A stretch of DNA of 41,837 bases, taken from the NCBI GenBank assembly GCA_043750125.1, contig JAYVCD010000341.1:1-41837 (forward strand), read 5' to 3'. Positions 18,420-26,701 of the stretch are shown here, one piece after another. Numbering within the stretch: the first letter of the stretch is position 1; each line of letters starts with the position of its first letter. Origin of the DNA: Archangiaceae bacterium. GTDB lineage: Bacteria; Myxococcota; Myxococcia; Myxococcales; Myxococcaceae. The position numbers and the translations under genes were made by a program. Under the pieces are notes generated by a model. It was not told the origin of the DNA, ran no database searches, and saw only the letters and a list, made by a program, of their open reading frames with translations.

Positions 18420-19418
18420 TCAGCCCGCGGGCTTCTCGACCAGGGTGTAGATCGCGAACAACTTCGTCAATTCGGTCGCGTCCTCGCCGGTGTCCCAGGC
18501 CAGCAGGTGGGCCATCTGGCGAACGGACGCAGTGTCATCGAGATCGAACTCGAGCACGTGGAACCCGACCTTTTCCCAGGTGGCTCTTGGAAACGCGCTC
18601 TTCCCTTCGGCCCAGGGGATGAAGTCTTTCTCCGCAGGGTTCTGGGCCGGATAGATGTTGTAGATCAGTGCTCTGCCGCCCGGTTTGAGCAGACTCCAGA
18701 CCGCGCGCACGTAGGTCTCGTCGTCAACTCCGAGCTGCAGCGTCTTCGTCAGATCAACGGGCCGGCTCGGGTGGACGTAACCCATCTTCAACACGTTCTT
18801 CGAGATGAACAAATCGTAGCCGTCGCCGACCGCTGCGGTGACCGCCGGGTCTTGGGGGAAGCGGCCACTGACCAATCGCACGCTGCCTGTCTGCCCCGAG
18901 CGCGAGGTGAGGGTTCCGGTGTCCCCGGGCGCTGAATAGAGAACCGGGAGCAGAGGGTCGACCTCGATTCCTGTCGCCTCGCCGCCCAGCAGCGCAAACA
19001 TTCGGAGGTGACCGATGTAGCCGTAGCCGAAGTCGACGACCTTTTTTCCCTTCAGCGAAAGAAGTCCGTGCTCGCCGAGGATCTCGAGCGGCCGCGCGTA
19101 GCTGACCGGAGTGCCATACCGCGTGAGGTAGTAGTACTCCTCGTCGAGCTCCTTGCGGACCAATGCCGCCTTGTCTCCGGGACTGAGCGCGTTCGCCTCG
19201 GCTTCTGAATAGGCGCGGGTCTTTTTCTCGTTCAAGAAGACGACGCGCCTCTCAATCTTCGGAAGCTCGGCCGCGGTCGACAGAAAATCTTTGGCCAGCG
19301 GCGTCTTCACCCAGGCGCTCAACGTCTGGGCCTCGCCGTAGAGCGTCTCGACTTTGAAGGACGCGGGGGTCGCGCAGCCGAGAAGGAAGCACGAAGCAAA
19401 CAGAGCACGAAGGATCAT
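18420..19418 (-). CDS. Class I SAM-dependent methyltransferase-like lipoprotein
   Basis: MILRALFASCFLLGC lipobox (alternative start 19433). Motif I-like VVDFGYGYIG, acidic GIEVDP, YDLFISKN, LLKPGG. Confidence 0.75.
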   Translation of the reverse strand: MILRALFASCFLLGCATPASFKVETLYGEAQTLSAWVKTPLAKDFLSTAAELPKIERRVVFLNEKKTRAYSEAEANALSPGDKAALVRKELDEEYYYLTRYGTPVSYARPLEILGEHGLLSLKGKKVVDFGYGYIGHLRMFALLGGEATGIEVDPLLPVLYSAPGDTGTLTSRSGQTGSVRLVSGRFPQDPAVTAAVGDGYDLFISKNVLKMGYVHPSRPVDLTKTLQLGVDDETYVRAVWSLLKPGGRALIYNIYPAQNPAEKDFIPWAEGKSAFPRATWEKVGFHVLEFDLDDTASVRQMAHLLAWDTGEDATELTKLFAIYTLVEKPAG

Positions 19419-19524
19419 GAGCGGTGCAGGCACTGCAAAGCATGCACCGCGTTCTGGCCCCCGGTCATCCTCTTCGGACCGACCGTCGTGCGAAAAGCAG
19501 CGCCTCAGAAACGGCGAATCGTTG

Positions 19525-20283
19525 CTACTTGCGTGGCGGTCGTTTGCGCCGAGCGGACAAGGCGAAGGCCAGCGCGGTCAGAACAGGGGAGGCCGCTCCG
19601 GTCGTGCTGCAGCCCGTGCGGTGTTGCTCCTGCTCGACTCCTGCGTCGGGCAGCTCGATGGGAGGCACGTTCACTCCGGCGTCGGGCTGACCTGCATCGG
19701 CTGGACCCGCGTCGGGCTGGCCTGCGTCCGGCTGACCTGCGTCCGGCTGACCTGAATCGGGCGGCCCCGCGTCGGGTTCAACCTTCGGCTCTTCGAGGTT
19801 GACCGTTACCGAGGTCCTGTTCCAGCTGTCTCCGGCAGGCGTGCGGTTCAGATTGACCGAGTTGCCCACCACGGAAAGGGTGAGCGTCGCCGCATGGGCT
19901 CCGCCTTTGAGCCGAAATGGAAAGACGACCTCCCCATTGAGCGAAGGTCGGGGAAGGTTGTGGGTCAGCTCATTGGCCTCGAGTCGACTTCCGTCGCCGG
20001 CGATCAGGCTCGCTGCACCGCTTGGCCGCACTCGGAGATTGAAGCCAGCGCCTGCCAGAGGTCCTCCTTTGATTCGGACGACATACGCGGCCTCCTGGTT
20101 CACCTCCAATGACGCCGGTCCGTCGACGGTGACCGTCACCCCGGGGGTAGGGGCGCCGCCATGGCAGGCGCCGCAAATCTCCGCCGAATTGACCACCCCC
20201 GTGGCCAACGCCATCGCGGGCAGGGGCACGAGCGTGAAGGCCCCACAGCAGAACGTGACACACAGCTTCTTGAATGCAGACAT
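19525..20283 (-). CDS. CxxCH/Reeler-like domain protein with PDAGQ linker and MYXO-CTERM-type anchor (MXAN_6652-like)
   Basis: ATG 20283 gives a signal peptide. Motifs CGACHGG, VDGPASL, GGPLAGAGFN, NELTH, GNSVN..GD. C-terminus GCSTTGAASPVLTALAFALSARRKR. Confidence 0.82.
   Translation of the reverse strand: MSAFKKLCVTFCCGAFTLVPLPAMALATGVVNSAEICGACHGGAPTPGVTVTVDGPASLEVNQEAAYVVRIKGGPLAGAGFNLRVRPSGAASLIAGDGSRLEANELTHNLPRPSLNGEVVFPFRLKGGAHAATLTLSVVGNSVNLNRTPAGDSWNRTSVTVNLEEPKVEPDAGPPDSGQPDAGQPDAGQPDAGPADAGQPDAGVNVPPIELPDAGVEQEQHRTGCSTTGAASPVLTALAFALSARRKRPPRK
19676..19780. repeat. Degenerate 15-bp tandem repeats encoding (PDAGQ)n
   Basis: Encodes PDAGPPDSGQPDAGQPDAGQPDAGPADAGQPDAG; CCTGCGTCCGGCTGA-type units. 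Confidence 0.85.
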
Positions 20284-20359
20284 CGGTCGGTCTCTCAGTT
20301 TGGCGCGTTGAGCACCGGAAGCGAGAGGTCGACCACACGAGTAGCGGGGTCGTAAATCC

Positions 20360-20387
20360 GTATTATAAATACCGCATTGTTCGTCAA
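20360..20387. promoter_or_regulatory. AT-rich divergent promoter region with palindrome
   Basis: GTATT-ATA-AATAC inverted repeat (20360-20372) between divergent genes. The minus strand has TTGACG and TATAAT, but only 14 nt apart. Confidence 0.35.
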
Positions 20388-20396
20388 AAAGAGACA

Positions 20397-20690
20397 ATGG
20401 GTGAAGGTCACCACACGTCACCCTCGACGCAGCCGGCCCGAAGTGCGCGACCGTTGACCAGCACCAACGAAGATCTGAAGGCCTACAACCACATGCTCAC
20501 GCGAATGCGGGTCGTCGTCGCCGAAGAGCTCCAGCGGGCCGGGACCCACGACGCGACGAAGCTCGACCCCTCCGGTTTCACCCACATCGAACAACAGCTG
20601 CGCGAAGAGTTCGGCGGAGTCGACGGCTTCAATTCCGCGGTCCTCTTCAACACCTACTACCTGGTGCTGGCCTACATTGGCGGGTTCTGA
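20397..20690 (+). CDS. Small hypothetical protein (97 aa)
   Basis: ATG 20397 follows an A-rich leader. GC3-biased codons and protein-like helical composition; fills the gap between minus-strand genes. Confidence 0.6.
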   Translation: MGEGHHTSPSTQPARSARPLTSTNEDLKAYNHMLTRMRVVVAEELQRAGTHDATKLDPSGFTHIEQQLREEFGGVDGFNSAVLFNTYYLVLAYIGGF

Positions 20691-20709
20691 AAAGCGCGCT
20701 CGAGCCGCG

Positions 20710-22599
20710 TTACTGCCCGGTGGCCGAAGCGACGACCAGGGCCTGATTTGACAGCCGGAAGCGGTAGACATCCGCGCTCGCCAGCACGTCTTTGACGTAG
20801 TTGCGCGTCTCGTCGAGCGGCATCTCTTCGACCCATTCCTCGTACTGCCCCGCGGTGGCCAGCTTGAGCCAACCCGCTACCCGGGTGGGCCCGCCGTTGT
20901 AGGCCGCCGCCGCCGCTTCAGGATTCCCATCGAAGCGCTTGAGCAGTTGGCCGAGGTAGCCCGAGCCGAGCTCGACGTTGCGTTGCGGGTCGAACAGATT
21001 GTTCAGGTGCCCCAGCGCGGTGCCTTTCTTGATCGCGAGCGCCCGGGCGGTCGCCGGCATCAGCTGCATCAGCCCCCGCGCGCCGCAGTGCGAGCGGGCG
21101 GAAGGGTCGAAGGAGCTCTCTTCCCGAATCAACGCTTGCAGCAGGCCGGGAGCCACGTTCGCTTGCTCCGCGTTCTGCGCGATCAGGTCGGCAAAGTGAG
21201 TCGGAAACGCCGTCTGCCAGACCGTCGCATCCTGACGATCTCCCGATTGTTCGCGAATCACGGCGCGGGCGAAGCGGTAGGCGACACTGTTCGACCCGGC
21301 CGCGTTCAGCACTTCCACCACGACCTTGTTGCTGGCCGAGCTGGGGAAACGCCGCGCCAACATCATCAGCTCGTTCGCCCCGTCCTCGAGGCCCAACTTC
21401 ACCGCCGCGATCCCCGGGCCGAGGCGCTCGAGGGCTTCGCGCTCATTCGAGCTGTCGGTCTGGTGAGGAATGACCGCGGCCAGACCTACCGTCGAGGCGC
21501 GGGTCAAATCGAGCCCCGTCAACCGTTCGCGCGCGAGGTGACCGTAGTAGGTCGCGGGGTACAGCAGCGCGACCTCGGCCAGCAAGGTTGCCGCCTGCTC
21601 GGTGCCTCCGCGCGCCTGGGCGACCCGCGAGCGCCAGTAGCGAACCCGGCCGCGATCCTGCGCGCTGAGGTCGACGGGCAACGCTTCGAGAGCGGCGAGA
21701 TCATCGGCGTTCGGGTCGCCGGCATGGCCTCGCCACCCGACCCAGAAAGCGGCGAACAGCGCTTCGGCGGCAAGTGAAGTTGCGGGGGCCACCTTCGCCA
21801 CCTGCCGGAAGGCCGCAGCCGAAGCGTCGCTCTTTCCGAGGCGGGCCTCGACGACTCCCAACGTCATCCAGGCGCGGGCCGTCAGCTCAGGCTCACGACA
21901 TTCGCGAACCAGCCGGCGCAGCTCGACCCACGCGCCCTTGTCTACACACGCCAGCGCTTCGGCGGCGAAGACCCGGGCGGCACACCCCAGCTCGGGCGAG
22001 GCCCGTCGGGCCACCCGTCTGGCGTCGCGACATTCATTGCGTTGAATCAGCGAATCGTAGGACCCGCTGATCAAAGCCAGCACCGGGGCGCCTGCCATCC
22101 AGGGCGCGCGATCTGCGGCGAGTGAAATCATCGCGTCGCGATGGCCGCGCTCGTCGTGCTCCAGCCGGGCAATCGCTGACAGTTCCAGCTGGGCGCGTCG
22201 TCGCACCGAGCGCACCGGGTTCCACGTCAAGGGAACCACCGCCGCCGAAGCCTCATCGAGGTCTCCGTGGATTCGGCGCACCCGGGCCAGCGCCAGCCGC
22301 GCTTCACCGAAAAAATAGGAACGGTCGGACACCCGGGCGAACGCGTCGCCTGCTTTGCGAGTCGCTCCCCGGCGCTCGAACAACAACCCCGCCTCGAAGG
22401 AACAGCGGTCCGCCAACACCGAGCCCCCGCGTCCCAGCAGCTCGAGCTCTTCGCTCGCCGCCCCGAGCTTGCCTTCCCGGGCAATGTCGACCGCGCGCAG
22501 GTAGCGGGCGTGGGCGGACGGAACTTTGTCAACCCCCTGAGCCGCAGCGACGGTCCCACACCCCAAAACAACGACAAGGGCGGCAAAGTGGGAGGTCAC
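20710..22599 (-). CDS. Soluble lytic transglycosylase (SLT domain) with helical-repeat N-terminus
   Basis: LIREESSF, ARGLMQLMPATA, AAYNGG and ETRNYVK motifs; YPATYYG; signal peptide. Confidence 0.92.
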   Translation of the reverse strand: MTSHFAALVVVLGCGTVAAAQGVDKVPSAHARYLRAVDIAREGKLGAASEELELLGRGGSVLADRCSFEAGLLFERRGATRKAGDAFARVSDRSYFFGEARLALARVRRIHGDLDEASAAVVPLTWNPVRSVRRRAQLELSAIARLEHDERGHRDAMISLAADRAPWMAGAPVLALISGSYDSLIQRNECRDARRVARRASPELGCAARVFAAEALACVDKGAWVELRRLVRECREPELTARAWMTLGVVEARLGKSDASAAAFRQVAKVAPATSLAAEALFAAFWVGWRGHAGDPNADDLAALEALPVDLSAQDRGRVRYWRSRVAQARGGTEQAATLLAEVALLYPATYYGHLARERLTGLDLTRASTVGLAAVIPHQTDSSNEREALERLGPGIAAVKLGLEDGANELMMLARRFPSSASNKVVVEVLNAAGSNSVAYRFARAVIREQSGDRQDATVWQTAFPTHFADLIAQNAEQANVAPGLLQALIREESSFDPSARSHCGARGLMQLMPATARALAIKKGTALGHLNNLFDPQRNVELGSGYLGQLLKRFDGNPEAAAAAYNGGPTRVAGWLKLATAGQYEEWVEEMPLDETRNYVKDVLASADVYRFRLSNQALVVASATGQ

Positions 22600-22755
22600 G
22601 GAGCTGCACTACGCAAGACTGATACCTGCGCAGCGGCCGAAGCGTTTCAAGGTGTTGCGGACCAGGGGGAGGGCGGTGGTCAGGACATGGCCACTCCAGT
22701 GGGACTTCGATCTTCCACTTCCCGTGCCGAGAGCTCGGCCGGCACCGCGCCCAGC

Positions 22756-23316
22756 TCAAAGCTTCTGCAAAAAATTGGCGAACCGGAGCAGACCTTCGGG
22801 CCAGGGGCCGTGTCCCGATTCGGAATTCAGGTGTCCTGCGTCGCCGGCGTCGACCACGGTCGAGCCCCAGGCCCTGGCAAAGTGCTCGGCCCGTTCCCAG
22901 GTGCAGACCGGGTCGGTGCGACTGGCCACCAGCACCGAAGGAAAGGGCAGGGGATCGCAGGAAATCGGGGCGAAGGTTCGTTCGATCTCGGGCAGAAAAT
23001 CCGGCTGCTCTGCATCGGGCAACGCCACCAGGAAAGCTCCGCGCACCGCAGTTCCCCCGAGCACTGCGGCCGCCTGCACCACGGTCAAGACCCCCAGGCT
23101 GTGAGCGACGAGAACGACGGGACGCGTGCAGGCCCCAACCGTTTCGATCAGCCGCGCCACCCAGGCGTCGCGCCGCGGTTGAACCCAATCGTCCTGCTCG
23201 ACGCGCCGGGCATTCGACAGCTTCGCCGCCCAGCGGGTCTGCCAGTGGTCGGGGCCGGAGTTGCAATAACCCGGAACAATCACGATGTCGCAATCGGAGG
23301 TGCGCAAGGAGCGCAT
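22756..23316 (-). CDS. RBBP9/YdeN family alpha/beta hydrolase
   Basis: ATG 23316 with GGAGG RBS. Motifs VPGYCNSGPDHWQ, VAHSLG, SRTDP, AGHLN..SG.GPWPEG. Confidence 0.92.
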   Translation of the reverse strand: MRSLRTSDCDIVIVPGYCNSGPDHWQTRWAAKLSNARRVEQDDWVQPRRDAWVARLIETVGACTRPVVLVAHSLGVLTVVQAAAVLGGTAVRGAFLVALPDAEQPDFLPEIERTFAPISCDPLPFPSVLVASRTDPVCTWERAEHFARAWGSTVVDAGDAGHLNSESGHGPWPEGLLRFANFLQKL

Positions 23317-23350
23317 CGTCGTCCTCCCGCCGCTCAAACGAAAGCAGAAG

Positions 23351-24157
23351 TCAGGGCCAGTCGAGGGCGGGGCACGAAAACCTCGTCCCTGGCTCGAAGT
23401 GCAGGCCGAAGTGTTCGTCGAGCACCGACAGCAGCTCTTCGGGGGACTCGAGCATCCGGTGGTCCGCCGTGCCATCGCGGCGGCGAATCGTCAGCTCGCG
23501 ATTGAGAATGTTCGCCCGTCCTCCGTTCGGCAGCGCGCGCGCGACGACCAACCGGCTCTTGAAATGCGATTGCGGATGGGCGCTGGTGAACCAATTGGCG
23601 ACCTCGCGGTCGATGGGCGGCATCTCTTCTAGAGTGAACTCGCAGATGTCCTGCCACTCAGTTCCGAGCAGGGCCTGGTGGAACCAGCGGCCGTCTTCCT
23701 GAAGCAGCCGGCGGGTTTCATGAGGGGTCGGTTGTTCGAGGCCCGCTTCGAGCCGAAGGACTGAGGTGAGGGTGTTCCCTCCGACTCCCACATCTGCCAG
23801 CCACGACTGCCCGTCGAGCTTGAGGCGAACGAACAAATGGGTCCGGGGCGGGGTGTATTCACGGGGCTGGCGAACGCGAACGCGCGCGCTCAGCGGCCGA
23901 ACGTGGAAGCCCAGCTGCTCAAGCATCGCCAGCAGCAGCGCGTTCTGCTCGAAGCAGTAGCCCCCGCGGCGCGCTCCCACCAACTTGCGCTCGAGCGACT
24001 CGAGGTCGAGTGCGATCGGCTTGCCCAGCAACACGTCGAGGTTCTCGAACGGAATCGATCGCGCATGGGCCTCGACCAGCGCGTTGACCGTCTGAAGGGT
24101 CGGCTGCCGCGGACCGCTGAATCCGATTCGGGAAAGGTAGGCGTCCAGGTCGAGCAT
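23351..24157 (-). CDS. nat: Arylamine N-acetyltransferase
   Basis: YLSRIG, IPFENLD, RGGYCFEQN (catalytic Cys), TH (His) and LADVGVG (Asp) give the catalytic triad. Confidence 0.93.
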   Translation of the reverse strand: MLDLDAYLSRIGFSGPRQPTLQTVNALVEAHARSIPFENLDVLLGKPIALDLESLERKLVGARRGGYCFEQNALLLAMLEQLGFHVRPLSARVRVRQPREYTPPRTHLFVRLKLDGQSWLADVGVGGNTLTSVLRLEAGLEQPTPHETRRLLQEDGRWFHQALLGTEWQDICEFTLEEMPPIDREVANWFTSAHPQSHFKSRLVVARALPNGGRANILNRELTIRRRDGTADHRMLESPEELLSVLDEHFGLHFEPGTRFSCPALDWP

Positions 24158-24209
24158 GGGCGCGCATCATTGCCGCCTGAACGGAAGATTGAAGCTCTAA
24201 GCTGCCCCG

Positions 24210-26186
24210 ATGCCCCTTCGACTGCTGGTGCTGGCCGGTTTGGTGCTGACTGTCCCTGCCTGCGTTTGTACCGACTCGAGCACTGGAGGGACGGGCGCCG
24301 GCGGCGGTGGAGGCTCCACCTCGAAGTCCTTCACCTACGATTTGATCGAAGCCAGCGGTGAATGGTCCCTGACCGCGAGCACCACCAGCGGCACCTGCAC
24401 CACCGCCACCACCTCGTCGCGCAAGCAATTGTCACTGCCCAAACCCCAGCACAATGCCGCCGTTTTCAGCTCGTCTCCCGCGCTGCTCTTCGCGGACCCT
24501 GTGGTCTCGATCACCAGCCTTCCTCGCGAAGGGACGATCACCTGCACGACCGGCGCTCCACGGGCCTGTCTTACTTCTCCTGAGACGGCCAACACCTTTC
24601 CCGCGTATCTGTCCATCACCCCCGAGCCGATGTTCGGCTCGATCTCCGCCCCTGGGCTGGCTTTCGTCCCCGTGCTCGGCGGCCTCACCGCTCCCAGTCT
24701 GTGCAGCACCGCGCAATTCGACGTGAACCCCGGGTGGCTGCGCGGCAAGCCCATCACCCTCGCCCAGCTTCAGAGCGGTCGCTTTGTCGTCGAAGGACAA
24801 AAGACGGTGCCCGTCGTCCCTGCGCAGGGAGATCTCGGAGATTCGGATCCTCAGCCCGTCAACGGCACGATGACCGTCTCTTTCCGACTGGTGTTTCAAA
24901 CCGCCGATTACGACCCGGCCAACGCGGTCGCTTCGCCTGAGCTGACGACCTACGACGAGTGCCTGCTCGATCTCGACTCGACCGGCGATGAGATTCTCGC
25001 CGCCCGGGACGCCTTCGAGGCCGGCGCGACCGACATTCCAATCAACGCCTCGGGCTGTCGACGGCTGAAAGTGGCTCGCACTGCCGATTCGCTGACCGTG
25101 ACCCACGAGCTCACCCGCGGCACCCGCTTCATCTTCGACCCGACCACCGGCTTGACCCGCACCGAGCGCGACACGGTCGTTCTCTATCTGAGCACCATCG
25201 ATTCGACCGGCATTCACGAGCGCGACGACTTCGACTTCGATGGGGTGCTCGAGAACACCACCGAGACGACGTTCGCCGACGGCGGTCAATGGTTGGCGAC
25301 CGTCAGCAGTCAGACCGGGCTCGACCCCCAGACCATCACCCGCGCCGCCGTCGACGCCACCACGATGTCGGTGCGCGAGCTGCACGGGAGCACCGTGGTG
25401 GAAGACTTCATCGCTCCCACCCTTCAGAAGGGCTGCTTTGGGCCCAATGACCCTCAGGCGGCGGAATGCAAACCCGCGGCAGGGCCTCCTCCGGTGTGCA
25501 CCGGAATCGCGGCGGGTCCGTGCGGGAAGACGAAGAGCGACGAGCTGCTCAAGGCGCTCAAAGACGCGACTACCAAAGGCAAAAAGTGCCTCGCGAAGAC
25601 GGGCAAGGGCTTCGACCCCAGCGCGAAGGCGGTGGCGATGATGACGGCGGGTCGGCTCAACTTCATCTGCAGCAATGATCCCTGTGACGACCTCGGCTCG
25701 TTTCAGACCAAGCCGAACGACGACAAGAAAAAGAGCCACGACTTCATGGTCAACCTGGCCCGCAACACCTCTCCCGCCGAGCTGGCGAGAACGCTGTTCC
25801 ACGAGACGCTGCATTCCGACCCGCGCTTCACCCACAACACCGACCTGGACAAAGCGGCGTCCAACGCCTGCAAGTTGCAGATTGTCGATCGAACGTTTGC
25901 TTGCGAGACGATGTGCTTCAACCCGGGCGCTGCCAACAAGTGCACCTGCATGCGGTGCCTGAGCGACCAGCGCCACAAGGTCGAGGACAAGGTCTGCCAG
26001 AAGTGTGACGCGTTCGGCAGCTGCGCCTCGCGTCGAGAAAATTCGATGCAGGTCTCGAGCGCGATCGGCGCCTGGTGCGAGCGCGGAAAAGTATTCTGCG
26101 ACACCAAAACTGAATGCGACACCCGCTGCGCTGGACTGGGGTCCTGCAATCAGATCAAAGCCACATGCGACGCCGGCTGCAACTGA
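24210..26186 (+). CDS. Multidomain lipoprotein with C-terminal Cys-rich HExxH (putative zinc metallopeptidase) domain
   Basis: Lipobox VPAC and Gly-rich linker. LFHETLH at 25794-25814. More than 20 Cys in the last ~250 aa. Confidence 0.75.
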   Translation: MPLRLLVLAGLVLTVPACVCTDSSTGGTGAGGGGGSTSKSFTYDLIEASGEWSLTASTTSGTCTTATTSSRKQLSLPKPQHNAAVFSSSPALLFADPVVSITSLPREGTITCTTGAPRACLTSPETANTFPAYLSITPEPMFGSISAPGLAFVPVLGGLTAPSLCSTAQFDVNPGWLRGKPITLAQLQSGRFVVEGQKTVPVVPAQGDLGDSDPQPVNGTMTVSFRLVFQTADYDPANAVASPELTTYDECLLDLDSTGDEILAARDAFEAGATDIPINASGCRRLKVARTADSLTVTHELTRGTRFIFDPTTGLTRTERDTVVLYLSTIDSTGIHERDDFDFDGVLENTTETTFADGGQWLATVSSQTGLDPQTITRAAVDATTMSVRELHGSTVVEDFIAPTLQKGCFGPNDPQAAECKPAAGPPPVCTGIAAGPCGKTKSDELLKALKDATTKGKKCLAKTGKGFDPSAKAVAMMTAGRLNFICSNDPCDDLGSFQTKPNDDKKKSHDFMVNLARNTSPAELARTLFHETLHSDPRFTHNTDLDKAASNACKLQIVDRTFACETMCFNPGAANKCTCMRCLSDQRHKVEDKVCQKCDAFGSCASRRENSMQVSSAIGAWCERGKVFCDTKTECDTRCAGLGSCNQIKATCDAGCN

Positions 26187-26701
26187 GCCTGTGTTGTTGG
26201 GTGGTCGCGGGGGTTCCCGGGTGCAAGACGGACAAGCCGGTGCGGGCCCCAGGCTGCGAGGCTCCGGGGGACCTCGATGAGAAGCTGCTGGAACGGGCGC
26301 GTTCGCAGCTGACGCTCGGGCCGGGCCGCTTTCAGATCGACAACGAAGGCTGCCTCTTCCTCTCGGGGTCGACCGACGGCGGGGTGAGCCGCGAGGCGAC
26401 CGAAGCGCGACAGGCCGGGGTGTGGCGCGTCAGCGATGAGCGGCTCGAGGGGCCCGGCCAGACGGTGGAGCGCGAAGACCCGGACCTGGACGGAGTCTGG
26501 GACACGATGACGGTGACCCGCTTTGGCGATGCGGGGTGGGCCAGCACGGAGCACCTCGAGCTCGAGACCGATGGTGGGTTCTTGCGACGGTATCGGCGCA
26601 CGCCCATCGATGCCCTGCGCATGCGGGTGGTGCAAGAGGTCCGCACCGCGGGCGGGTGGGAGACCGAGGAAGACTTCGAGACTTCGACTCTCCAGCGATG
26701 A
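26165..26701 (+). CDS. Lipoprotein, stand-alone paralog of the middle domain of the upstream protein
   Basis: ATG 26165 gives MRRRLQLSLCCWVVAGVPGC (lipobox-like). Overlaps the upstream stop and has an ATGA overlap with the downstream gene. Sequence similarity is detailed in findings. Confidence 0.72.
   Translation: MRRRLQLSLCCWVVAGVPGCKTDKPVRAPGCEAPGDLDEKLLERARSQLTLGPGRFQIDNEGCLFLSGSTDGGVSREATEARQAGVWRVSDERLEGPGQTVEREDPDLDGVWDTMTVTRFGDAGWASTEHLELETDGGFLRRYRRTPIDALRMRVVQEVRTAGGWETEEDFETSTLQR

Noticed and set aside
19676-19780. Short tandem repeats considered as a possible CRISPR array
   Set aside because: No unique spacers; the units are in-frame coding repeats (PDAGQ); no cas genes. The same applies to 30960-31212.
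20362-20387. TTGACG/TATAAT sigma-70 promoter on the minus strand
   Set aside because: The spacer is only 14 nt; kept only as a low-confidence regulatory region.
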